33,362 nt of DNA, taken from positions 1 to 33,362 of the forward strand of contig JAHLTZ010000079.1 of NCBI GenBank assembly GCA_025786725.1, written 5' to 3'. The translations under genes and the position numbers were made by a program. The stretch is from Syncephalis fuscata S228. Lineage: Eukaryota > Fungi > Zoopagomycota. Below the pieces are notes generated by a model that was given only the letters and a program-made list of their open reading frames with translations, ran no database searches and was not told the DNA's origin. Positions within the stretch are counted from its first letter, which is position 1, and each line of letters starts with the position of its first letter. Of this stretch, positions 1 to 10,915 are shown piece after piece.

Positions 1-213
1 TGTGGCAGTGCCAGTCACATAAATAATAGCATGCCATTAACAATAGTAGTAATCTAATAACTGTACTTGATAATATCCGCGCAATTAAACTAGACACTCA
101 ATCTATTGAACATGGGGCCAAGTGGTGAGTTTTATTGAATAGTAAATTATTCAACTATACTATGATTGGTGTTAAATGACTATATTTAATGGTATTTGTA
201 CATTTGAACTACA

Positions 214-3200
214 CATCCAATCTATTGAACATGATGATGGATGGTGAGTGACGTTAATTATCAAATACTCACCATCGTAGATTTGTTGTTCAGTATGCAT
301 ATACTCTCTATTCATATATATCATCCCTATTGTATACACATACTGCTATAAGCCATTCTTGACCTAATAGACATATTTTATTGTTATAGGTTTTAATTAC
401 ATATAGCTTGCTAAATGAATGAGGTGAATGAGTTAAGATTTATTAATAACAGTGCTAGAACCAAACGGACAACTGCAATAACTAGTGCATATTTAATAAC
501 CAATAAAATGATATGCAATATAACGAATATACAATATTGAACAGTAATTAGCAATGTTGAAGTTATTGAGTAGATATGCATGATCAATGAGTGGAATTAG
601 TCGACATTTATTAAGGATAAAGCCAGAACAAAATAAAAACAGTTTTGGATAAAGGAAGATTATGCAAGCATGAAATAATATGCATTAGAATAAATATACA
701 ATGGAAAGTGTATGATAATCGGTGTTGAGTTTATAGTGCATATAACGGAATGAGAGAAATGAGCATTATGTGCCAGCATTTGCGCTAAGCATTATGTGCC
801 AACATTTGCGCTATGTGCCAAGCATCTTTCGCGTAACTAACTACATTCCGTTTTATTGAACATGAAGCTGAATGCTAAATAGTAACAATTATTAAAATAT
901 TTATTCTGTGTATTCATTATCTAGTACGCATATATCATTGCTGCAGTACTATGTTATTACTGTTCACACTGTTTAATCTCTGGCTTTCTTCTCGCTTACA
1001 TACTCACCAACTCATCATTCTGCTCAATCGGTACCAAAGCCATACCAATTTACACTAACTGATTTGTCTATCAAATAGTTACACAGCACATATATGCGTA
1101 AGCAAATTAATAAAAATATTTATTATTGGTAATCAAACAAACAACAGTTCCAAGTAACGTATTGACGTTATACTATAGAATGATATAAAGCGGAATAAAT
1201 ATACAGTAAGAAACCATATAAAACAATATTAAAGTTGTAGTGCATATAACGCAATGAGTGGAATGAGTAAAGTATATTGGAACATATAAACAATAGAATG
1301 TGTTTAGTATATCATACGATGATATATAGTAGTGTAGGATATAATGGAATGATATAGGTGAATAGAGGATATATGCATACTGGATAATAATATACACTGA
1401 TGAGTACTTGATGATTGACGTCACTCACCACCCATCGTCATGTTCAATAGCAAGAAAGTTTAACTTAAATGTATAAATATTATCAAATACAGTCATTTGA
1501 CCACTAAATCACATTAAATATTAATAAATTATTAAATAGCAGTAATAGAAATATTTAATTTAATTAGCAAAATAAAGCACTTGTATTTTATTTAAATATT
1601 TAGTATGATGTAGTTGTATTGAATACAATTGATTGTAATATGTTAATATTTGCAAAAGAAAACGTTACCTTTATTTAGTTGACAAAATTACATAACACTA
1701 ATATAATAATACAAACCAAGTAACTAGTGGCGCATTGTGGCCTTGTTCTTGCTGAATTTAACTATTTTTTGGATCTATATCAGTTAAAATAAAATAAGTA
1801 AACTAGCATGCAAATTAACCGCCGCAATAATGTTTGTTGAGCAATTACACTGATATGAATTCAGAACAGCTGTTGGTCATAGCCACAAAACACAAGTTCC
1901 TTTGCCTTCTGCAGTGAGCATGACCAAGACTACTAGCGCGCATAAACTATTCAACCAACTGCACCCATCACTACTATTCCCTGCATGATCATGGAGGCAG
2001 TTTGTATACGTTGTATTGTATAAATCCTATGCACTTTCATGCAAGTTCCAGATAGCGGAAGCTGTATAAACAACATAGCTTTATCACCACTTCCATATTG
2101 AATTTAGCACAGGTGATATCTCCAAGCAGAGACTATATATTGCATATACTCCCAAATACCATCAATGCAATTACAACAGGCAAACACATAGCAATAACCA
2201 TATTCGCTATTCAGAAGTCTAATCAGCTAAGTGTGATCTAACACCGTTCGCAGCATGCTGGAATGCATCCGCAAAATCATATAGTGTCTAGTTGACTATA
2301 TATCTCTCGATGTTCAACATAGCTAACAGAGTGACTGTATTGCACTGCGCACACACTAGTTTACTTATCTTAAATATGCCAAATAATGAGCAGCAGCGAT
2401 CCTGTAATCATTAGACGTCCAGCGAGTGCAAAGCATATTAAACAACTAATGACAGTAAGAGCGAATGAGTGTAGCGTATGTCCAGTGGTAAAGAGTAGAA
2501 AGAGAAGATAAAAAGGCAATGCTGGTTTAGAGGAGTGGTAAAGTTTGCTTATATACTGCGGCAATAGCGGAAAATGTCGTAATAAAACATGAGTCACCTG
2601 AAACCATATATGACCAATATACTACGTAATTACTCGTAGTCTTCCATATAAATGGCCATCATCACTCTAGTAGGAATCTTAGTATACGTACCTGTTAGTT
2701 TAGTATGCGGTAAGCCATTTATCTTCTTGTCTAAAAAGCACTCTGCTCACCTATTGTATAAAGAATCTTTGCTACTATCCACCATATTAGCCAAACACTA
2801 ATATCAGCAAGATCTTTACAGTGCGATAAACTGATGGATTAAATCTAGGTTACACGATTTAACCAATTAAGCGTAAAAATGATTTACACTAAACTTTACA
2901 TATAGCATAGCAAGTAGCTCTGTTTATTCAGTAATATCAATTATGACTTTATTTTAAAGCAATGCTGACCATTTATATAGCCATAACATAATTAAATGGC
3001 ATCGGTATCTAGCCAGTAGTTTATGACAAGCACTAATGCAATAGATTTCAAAGTTTTAAAATACGTTGTAATTTATCAAGTTTATTTGATGTAATTAAAA
3101 GTAGTAATAAAATGATCAGTAATATCTACAACTGCAGTGCTAGTGATTCTATACTTAGCTATCCTATTTAAATAGTTATAAAGTATTCCATAAATAATAT

Positions 3201-4101
3201 TAAAATCATTTGTATTAAGTCTATGAGTAAAATGAATTGAGTTGTGCAAATAATGCAGATAACAATAAACAGACAGTCTCTAAATGTAACGCACCATTAT
3301 TAGAACTGATAATACTATAAAGTAACAAGGAAAACATAAATGGCTGTGTTGAATTTATAGCTACGTGATTCAAGATTTATAACCAATAAGACTAACAACA
3401 AATTAGCAACAGGGTTTAATAGAATGTAGCCAGCAGAGTATACAATGATATAAGACAAGCTGAATGAACAGCAAGAGGAGTGTGAGTGTGAGTGATAAAG
3501 CTATAATGTGCATGTATGGAAAAATAAAATGAGTTGATATTTACAACGAATAAGGCTAGCGATAAACAGGCAATAGCTTGAGTAGCGCGTATTTACTATA
3601 CAATAAAACGACATAGAATAGAATGAATATACAAGGAAAAGTGTACGATTAGCAATGTTGAAGTTATTGAGCATATATGCATGAACAGATGAGCAGAATT
3701 AGTCGACATTTATTAAGGATAAAGCTAAAACAAAAATAAAAGCAGTTTTGGATAAAAGAAGACTGTATGCGGACAGAATAATATATAAAATGATAAATGT
3801 ACGATAAGAAAGCATATAAACCGATGTTAAGGTTATAGTGCGTATAGCATAATGAGTAGAATGAGTAAAGTACACTAAAGTATATAAACAATAGAATGTG
3901 TTTAGTATGGAATAGAATGATATATAGTAGTGTAGGATATAATGAGAATGATATAGATGAATAGAAAATATATGTATACTGGATATATGCATACTGAATA
4001 ATAAATCTACAATGATGAGTATTTGATAATTGATGTCATTCACCACTTAGCTACACGTTCAATAGATTGGATGTTATTAAAAATAGTCATTTAACACTAA
4101 A
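214..4101 (-). repeat. Left arm of a ~3.9 kb inverted duplication; non-coding, ends are imperfect inverted repeats of each other (foldback/non-autonomous element-like)
   Basis: Reverse complement aligns along its length with 19816-25448 (222 CTATTGAACATGATGATGG pairs with 25440; 4081-4100 pairs with 19817-19836). The 83-aa ORF at 1173-1424(-) is identical to 22479-22730(+). No transposase-like ORF. Confidence 0.93.
762..826 (-). repeat. Short (~2-unit) version of the 26-bp minisatellite in the left arm
   Basis: Reverse complement reads GGCACATAGCGCAAATGTTGGCACATAATGCTTAGCGCAAATGCTGGCACATAATGCTC between flanks matching those of the long array. Confidence 0.9.
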
Positions 4102-4189
4102 TAATGTTAATTATTAATAATCTGTTTGCTGTATATCGCTAATTATCCTAATTATAAAATTATATAACAATGCATTATTTTGCTAAATG

Positions 4190-4343
4190 ATCTGCTCACT
4201 GTTGCACTGTATCATTTAGATGACTATTTGTAAATACAAATAAATATACTATAATTGCTTATTCAATCTGCTCACTGTTGCACTATATCATTTAGATGAC
4301 TATTTGTAAATACAAATAAATATACTATAATTGCTTATTCAAT
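4190..4343. repeat. Tandem duplication, 2 x 76 bp, one mismatch
   Basis: ATCTGCTCACTGTTGCACT(G/A)TATCATTTAGATGAC... starts at 4190 and again at 4266. Confidence 0.95.
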
Positions 4344-4539
4344 ATTCAATATTTCAACACAAAGCATAAACATGACTAACTGTCAACATAGCTTTACTTA
4401 CAAGCAGCTAATTTAATAGCACATCTGCTCTACTGTATTTCTATAAATAAAACTATATATAATACGACTAATTTATAGGAGAAATAGAAATTTATGTGAC
4501 ATATAATGTACATGATCAAGCATTTGATAATAAGAAAAA

Positions 4540-6095
4540 CTAACGCGAATTCTTCGCTGATGCGTGTTTCCAGACGGCCATTAAATCACTATAGCAATAT
4601 TATTATCCGTTAAATTTAATTAGTATAGAACACGATAACTTACGTCACAACACTAGTCCATGGCACGTTAACAAATGTCATACAGCATTGTAGACTGTCA
4701 TAGACAACAGGTTCTGGATGCTCATTAAGTGCAATACGTTTTAACGATTGGAAAAACGACGCAGCAGAATTAGGTCGAACAAACGGCGCAAATGGGCTTT
4801 CTGATCGTTTAGGATAATAATCCTCTGGTGAGGCGTATTCTTTGTGCTCGGAGTACTGCTGATTCTCAGCACCATGGACATCATAGCCGGTAATAGCAAC
4901 TTGAGCATGACCTTTACCGCCAGGACCACGCATCATAATAAACTCGGTTAGTGGTGGATCATTGCCAGTAGTTAACCGAAAACGACGATTAATTTTCGGT
5001 GCTGTTTTACGCTTATAATTGTCCATTAGTGCGGCAAAACTAGCTGCACCTTGAAATAAAGTAACTTTATAGTTGCTATTGCCATCCTGTGATACACGCC
5101 GACCATTTAATGCTGATAATGCAGCATCTGTGCCGCCTGACGCATCAAATCTTGTATTATTGTTATTATTGTTGTTGTTATTGTCGCTACTACTATTATT
5201 ATAGTGTGAAGTAGTTGCCGGTACCATGGCTGATAATTCAACACATAAATATTCTCCATCACGTACTACTAATTGCTCAAATGCGTCTTCAAAGTCTTCA
5301 ACTACATAGTAGATGAGTGGCCAGGAACATTCCCAGCTTCTTTCCTTTTCATTGACGCTCGATTTTGTAGGCATTGCATACACACTTCGACTTACACGAC
5401 GTGTTGTTTGAATCATACTACTTCGACGTCCCGTGGGCGAAGCTGCTTCAACATTACGTTTACAAACCGCCACTGTTAGCTTTACAGGCACCTATGTCAA
5501 GGTTGAAGGATTAATACCAACTGAGCTGATACACAACTATCTTCTAACTTACTTGAACGATAAGATTAAGAAAAAATGTTTCTTTCCAAAGAACAATATC
5601 ATTATCAAGATGCGGCATTGGATTAGGCTGCGTTTGACGTCGTTTAACAAACACCGGATCTGCATTATCTTCAAGGGTTTGTCGATGGGTAAATACAGAA
5701 GATGGTCGTGAAGAAGATAGACTTGCACGATCATCATGCATAGCATCTCGTTCATCAGGTTGATCAACGGCTTTACGTACGAAAAATAGTAAGTCATCGG
5801 TATCAGGATCGTTGTAATCTACGAAATACTCGCGAAAAAGATTTTTCCATCTAGATATACACAATTTAATACAAGCCGGCCACGGATACTATGTGGCTAA
5901 CTACCTTGGATCGACTAAATCAGGATCGCCTTCGACTATTTGACCATAAAGCGATTTACTAGATTGCCGGTGCCGAATAATACGTGAGTCTGGATCACCG
6001 CTAGCATGTTTTCCGCTAGCCAATTGTGCCACCGTCATAGGTGGCGTAAGCGACTCTGTCTCCAGCCGTTGAAGAATATTACCCAAAGTACGCAT
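4540..6095 (-). CDS. KIAA0930-like uncharacterised conserved protein; 4 exons (6095-5905, 5850-5553, 5491-4644, 4588-4540)
   Basis: ORFs join in frame across GT-AG introns. Motifs DDLLFFVR, WKETFFLNLI, VYAMPT, TLFQGA, MRGPGGKGHAQVA and LQCCMTFVNVPW match my recollection of the KIAA0930 family. The last exon gives DLMAVWKHASAKNSR*. Confidence 0.8.
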
Positions 6096-7368
6096 GATTA
6101 GCGTCAAATAGTTAGATTGTCAAGAGTGGTAATAATAAACTAATAAGCTGTTAAAGTCTTATTCGTCTAATGATGAAATAGCAAAGGCGCTATAATATCC
6201 CCCAAAACAAACCGGAAACTAAAAGCGAAACGAGATTAACTATGGCGTAGTTGCACTTCAAGATGGCTATAGAATAACAATAGAAAGTCGACGAGATGAT
6301 ACAACAAAGGTACAAGTAATAAAAAACAACCAGGTAGACCCATAAAGACACCGTTTTATTTTGAGCACAGGTAGATACTAATCCATAATTAAACTTAACT
6401 AAAATTTTCTTTTGATGCCTAATAGTACAATTATTTTTTATTGCTTTCACTTCCTAATACGCATTACAACCATTTTAATAAATAAATTAAAAATTAATTA
6501 CACTCACTCTGTTATTTAATAATATGTTATGTGGCAATGGCATCGATCTTTTTTACTAAACTTACTACTTTATCAGTAGCATGTCCTATAATAATGACTT
6601 ATATTTGGTAGTAAACTTTTTTTCTATTTATTTACTCTTTTATTGCATTTACTATTTTATTAATAATACATACATTTATATGTTTGAATAAATTGAATCA
6701 ACGTGTAGAAACAACATAGCTACTGATAAAACAATAACTTTTGTTAATAGTTATATAACAATATAAAGTAAAACGAATGGACAAAAGATATTATATGAAT
6801 AATGATAATAATAAACCAATGTCTTACCAAATATAATTGTTAATAAATAAGCAGCTTTTATCAATGGTGTTTAATTATAAACAATAGAATAATAAAAGTA
6901 GAAATTATAGTATTAGAACTAAACCATGTATATCGCAATCAATATAATGCGCAAGGTGTATTAAAGTTTATAACAAATAGAATATATCTAACGTATAATA
7001 AAATGATATATACTATAATAAATATACAATTAAGATTATATTAATAAATGCTAATATATGTTTACTGACTAAAAATAATAATTAACTAATATATACCAAT
7101 ATTTGTTAAAATATATACTTAATAATAAAACGAGTGTGATATAGTAACTAAACTTTATAATAAATATTAGTAAATATACATTGTTAAATAGCATAATTAG
7201 TTTGCAATCTTTCTGCTATAATAGTATTTATATTATATCCTAAATCTATCAGAGAATATACCCAACTAATTAAAACATAAGCAAACTTATTTTTAACAAA
7301 TTTTAAATTTGGGTTTTGATTTATATAACAAATACTGCTAAAAATTTCAGTGCTCAGATTTGAGCTAT

Positions 7369-7440
7369 GGGGGATTGGCGCAATGGTAGCGCGTTCGTCT
7401 CCAAAGCGAAAGGTTGTGTGTTCGAATCACTCATTCCCCA
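7369..7440 (+). tRNA. tRNA-Trp (anticodon CCA), intronless
   Basis: Cloverleaf: acceptor GGGGGAT/ATTCCCC+A; D arm GCGC-AATGGTA-GCGC; anticodon arm TTCGT-CTCCAAA-GCGAA; T loop TTCGAAT (one T-T mismatch in the T stem); followed by a TTCTTTTT Pol III terminator-like run. Confidence 0.93.
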
Positions 7441-7700
7441 TTCTTTTTGCTCCGTTTGTGTTCTATTTTGCTAATTAAACTATGTTTATTCTTTTGTTCA
7501 GTCGCGATGGGACATGTAGGCACGCGTGCAAGTGGTTTAGTTTTTAATACGCTAGCAATCTATATGCTATAGGGGGGATCATTTGTAGTGCTGACATTAA
7601 ATAGTAATTTAAATAGGCTGTTTATTCATTCTTTCACCAGTATTCGTCACAGTACGTCTTTCAATTTTGTTATTCTTGCCACTTTTCATCAATCGTCGTT

Positions 7701-8705
7701 ATGGCCTCGCACAATCCGTTTGATGACGAGGAGGATCTTATTGTATCCAATACAGATGATCCCTTTGCCGATCCATCGATTGCCAACGCGCTACGATCGA
7801 CAACGATAGAATTATCGTCAACAACAACGACGTCGCAGTCGCAGCCGTTGATGACGCCGACGGCGCTCAACTTTACACCTTCGCCTACGAAATCGGCCCA
7901 GAACGGGACGATTGACTCGCGCGAGGCCGAGCTTCGTCGTCGCGAGCAAGAACTGGCAGAAAGGGAGCATCGACTGCGCGAAGAGGCAGAAGCTATTCGC
8001 AATGCACCTGGTGTTCTACGCCCACCTAACTTTCCCTTCTTTTATCCGCTCATCTACCTCGACATTGACGTTGAAATCCCAGAAAGTGAACGTTCTATTG
8101 TGCGTCTATTGTTCCGTTCCTGGCTGGCCACGGTAGGCACGCTATTATGGAACGCGATTGCCTGCTTCCTTATACTAGTATCGCACGCCAACGGTGTCAC
8201 GACTGGTGCCAGTGATTTCGGCGTAGCATTTATGTACTGCTTCACCATTACGGCTGCCTCCTTTTTCCTATGGTACCGGCCTATCTACAATGGATATATG
8301 AAAGAGCGATCGATGTATTACTGTAAGTTAATTGTAATTGTTTAGTAATATTTTTATTAATAATATACAATTAATATAGACATTTTTTTCATATTTAATG
8401 GATTTCATATTGGATTCCAGTACTATATGACTATTGGCATTCCATCATCTGGTTCTGCTGGTATTATCAATACTATTTCGATGATGAGTGACGGTAAAGT
8501 CGTTGCATCTATCTTTGGTATCATTGCTTCGGTATTATGGGGAGTTGGAGGCACATTTTCGCTCTACTTGTATCGCAAGGTCCATCACCATTACCGAATG
8601 CAAGGACATACATTTGCCGATGCTAAAGGCGATGCCTTCCAGACCATGGCCACTAGCAGTCTAAGCGGTGGATATAATCGTACACAAGCTAGTAATAATG
8701 TGTAG
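7701..8705 (+). CDS. Secretory carrier membrane protein (SCAMP family); 2 exons, intron 8323-8379
   Basis: N-terminal NPF/DPF motifs, coiled coil (REAELRRREQELAERE), PNFP motif, four hydrophobic segments, E-peptide LWYRPIYNG; the GTAAGT..TAG intron joins the two ORFs in frame. Confidence 0.92.
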
Positions 8706-8888
8706 CATCATAGCCAGGCACGTGTATGATGATGTCAATTATCCAGTCTGCGTGCAGGCACGCTAAAGACACGTTATTTTACTTTAGCAGTAGATTGAAT
8801 GTGCCAAACATTAATTCAATAAATATGTGTTTTAAAACCAATTTAATGATGAATAAGTTTATTACTCCGATTAGAAAGCAAAAAGTAT

Positions 8889-9254
8889 TTACAGCTTAGA
8901 AGCTGGTGGAGCTAGTTGGGCGAGGACTTTGTCTAACTTCATGGCCGTCATCATATTGCCCTTGATCTTAATGATACCCTTCATAAAAGCCTGTTGACCC
9001 TTTAGTTTACCGCTGGCCAGCTCGACGAATGGCTTCTCGTCAACGCTGATGGTAATATCTGACTTGGCGGCAGCGCCTTCTGCGGACGATCCCTTGCCGT
9101 CCTTTAGGTTAAGCGTGTGCTTCACCTGTCCTCCTGCTGTTTTGACGTCAAAAACGAAGATGGCTTTGGTATCTTTAACCAACTTTTCACGATCGCTGTC
9201 GGGCAAAGACGCAAGACCGGCGTCAAATTGCTTGAAAATAGCGGTTGCAGACAT
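8889..9254 (-). CDS. SCP2 sterol-carrier/lipid-binding protein (POX18-like), peroxisomal
   Basis: ATG at 9254; SCP2 signature LASGKLKGQQAFMKGIIKIKGNMMTAMKL; C-terminal PTS1 SKL. Confidence 0.92.
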   Translation of the reverse strand: MSATAIFKQFDAGLASLPDSDREKLVKDTKAIFVFDVKTAGGQVKHTLNLKDGKGSSAEGAAAKSDITISVDEKPFVELASGKLKGQQAFMKGIIKIKGNMMTAMKLDKVLAQLAPPASKL

Positions 9255-9436
9255 GATGATAGTAATAGGAGCTGAGTATGAAAACAATTGAGTTGATCAA
9301 ATAGAACTAGAAGGAAAGAAGAGTATTTATTATTTGTGGAGTGTGTTGTCGTCTAACGTCATCCTTTAATACTTTGTTGGTTGATCTACTCACACACACA
9401 TGATGTAAACGGCATTACCACGTTGTTATTGCCGAA

Positions 9437-9604
9437 TCACGTGAAGGCTAAATTAGACCATTGGGTCGCGACCACAAGACCGAATATCATTGCAAGTTTC
9501 CAGGTTACTTCCAGTGGTGATAGATCTGCTAGAAGTGAGGCGGCACCTGCACAAACTGTACACATAATGGCTATAATAGTAAAAGAGGGGTTGGTAATAA
9601 GTGT

Positions 9605-9649
<45 letters not shown>

Positions 9650-10742
9650 CAATAATAATAGTAACAAAAATGAGATTAATAATAAAGTGATCAATAATAG
9701 TAAAGAAATAGTATTGATAATAATGATAGATTAATACATCAAATTAATTAATACAATGTTTATCATTGTATAAATGTATGATAACCTACCACCAGCATTA
9801 CTTAAGCCAAAGGTAGTACCACGATAGACAAGAAGTCGACCACTATCTGGCAATGCATCCTTGCCACGCTCGTCAAAGATAATAAGCTGGTAACGACCAT
9901 ATTCTAAAAGTGGGCCCGACTTTGCATCATCCCATGTGTTTGTATCCCATTTATATTCAGTTGTATCGCCGGATATGTTCGCGGCAAGTGTTACTTGGTG
10001 GCGATCAGGACCGGCAACAAGTATAGTCAGGTTTTTTGGTGGAAAGCGAAGATTATCATCGTACTTCCATTTAAACGTAATAGTTTCACCTAGACGATAG
10101 CGTGGTGTATAATTCTCTCTAGCCTGTGGCTCTGTCATAACAAGTCGACCAGGCGGATGAGATGGATCCATAGTGTCGGCTAGATTGAGCTTTTCGCTGC
10201 TATTACCGCTAGTGCTACTGCTGTCAATATCAGTTAGATTATGTTTTTTACCGTTAAATATAGCTTTTGAATCCATATCCGCTGTTTTATTACTTGATGA
10301 ACTACTACTTTCATTACTTGTATTATGACGATCTGCTTCACTTGTCGCTTCTTTACTATTGCCATTCGCTTTACTCTTGCCATTATTTGATTCTTTTTTA
10401 TCTTTCTCTTCTACTGATGTGCTGTTCGATGATGGCGGTGTCGACTTATCCAAATCACTAGACCTGGACGAAGATGCTACTGTTTCTTTAGTATGTCCTA
10501 CTGATCCATGGCCATTGGAATCCGTGTTCATAGTATTATTATTATTATGGTTATTATTATTCGATGTATTGACATCTATATTATTTTAATATTTAACATT
10601 TATTATATTAATTGTATTTACCTCGACGGACTATAACTACACCATCATAAACGTTAGAAATTGATGTAGAGGTACATAATGTAGCATAAATTGTATACGT
10701 GATAGCAACTAATAGCCAACAATAGAATGTATATCTATGCAT
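9437..10742 (-). CDS. Secreted/membrane-anchored protein with signal peptide, Ser/Asn-rich linker, DUF7137-like beta domain and C-terminal hydrophobic segment; 3 exons (10742-10622, 10575-9790, 9570-9437)
   Basis: Exon 1 reads MHRYTFYCWLLVAITYTIYATLC; core PPGRLVMTEP..YRLGETITFKWKY..YQLIIFDERG; the final exon has CTVC then a hydrophobic tail; splice phases are consistent. The family name is from memory. Confidence 0.7.
9608..9661. repeat. (AAT)n microsatellite inside intron 9571-9789
   Basis: About 17 AAT/AAC triplets visible directly. Confidence 0.95.
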
Positions 10743-10915
10743 GTTATTGATACTTTACTAATAACGTGGATAACATATGAAAAGAAAATACGATGTCCAG
10801 CAACTTTACTATTATAGTAGTCGTGTTTTATATAACATCTTAATCATAAACAATAGTTCAAAGGGGTACTGACAATGGAAGGAGAAGGCGATAACAACAA
10901 ATGTGACTTATTTTA

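Noticed and set aside
1173-4046. Tyr/Ile-rich ORFs in the repeats (1173-1424, 3664-4046, 16375-16794, 19945-20190, 22479-22730) as a small-protein family
   Set aside because: Frames shift between copies, several use non-ATG starts, and the composition reflects AT-rich DNA; the similarity follows from the DNA repeat.
6450-7330. Very AT-rich tract as a centromere/origin or repeat relic
   Set aside because: Only faint low-complexity resemblance to the repeat family and no diagnostic motif.
7369-7440. 4-bp anticodon-stem tRNA-Trp enabling UGA readthrough
   Set aside because: The top pair of the anticodon stem is intact (T-A); the stem has 5 pairs including one T-G.
9381-9734. Poly-Asn (+) and poly-Leu (-) ORFs
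   Set aside because: Products of the intronic (AAT)n microsatellite; only 9570-9437(-) is a plausible exon.
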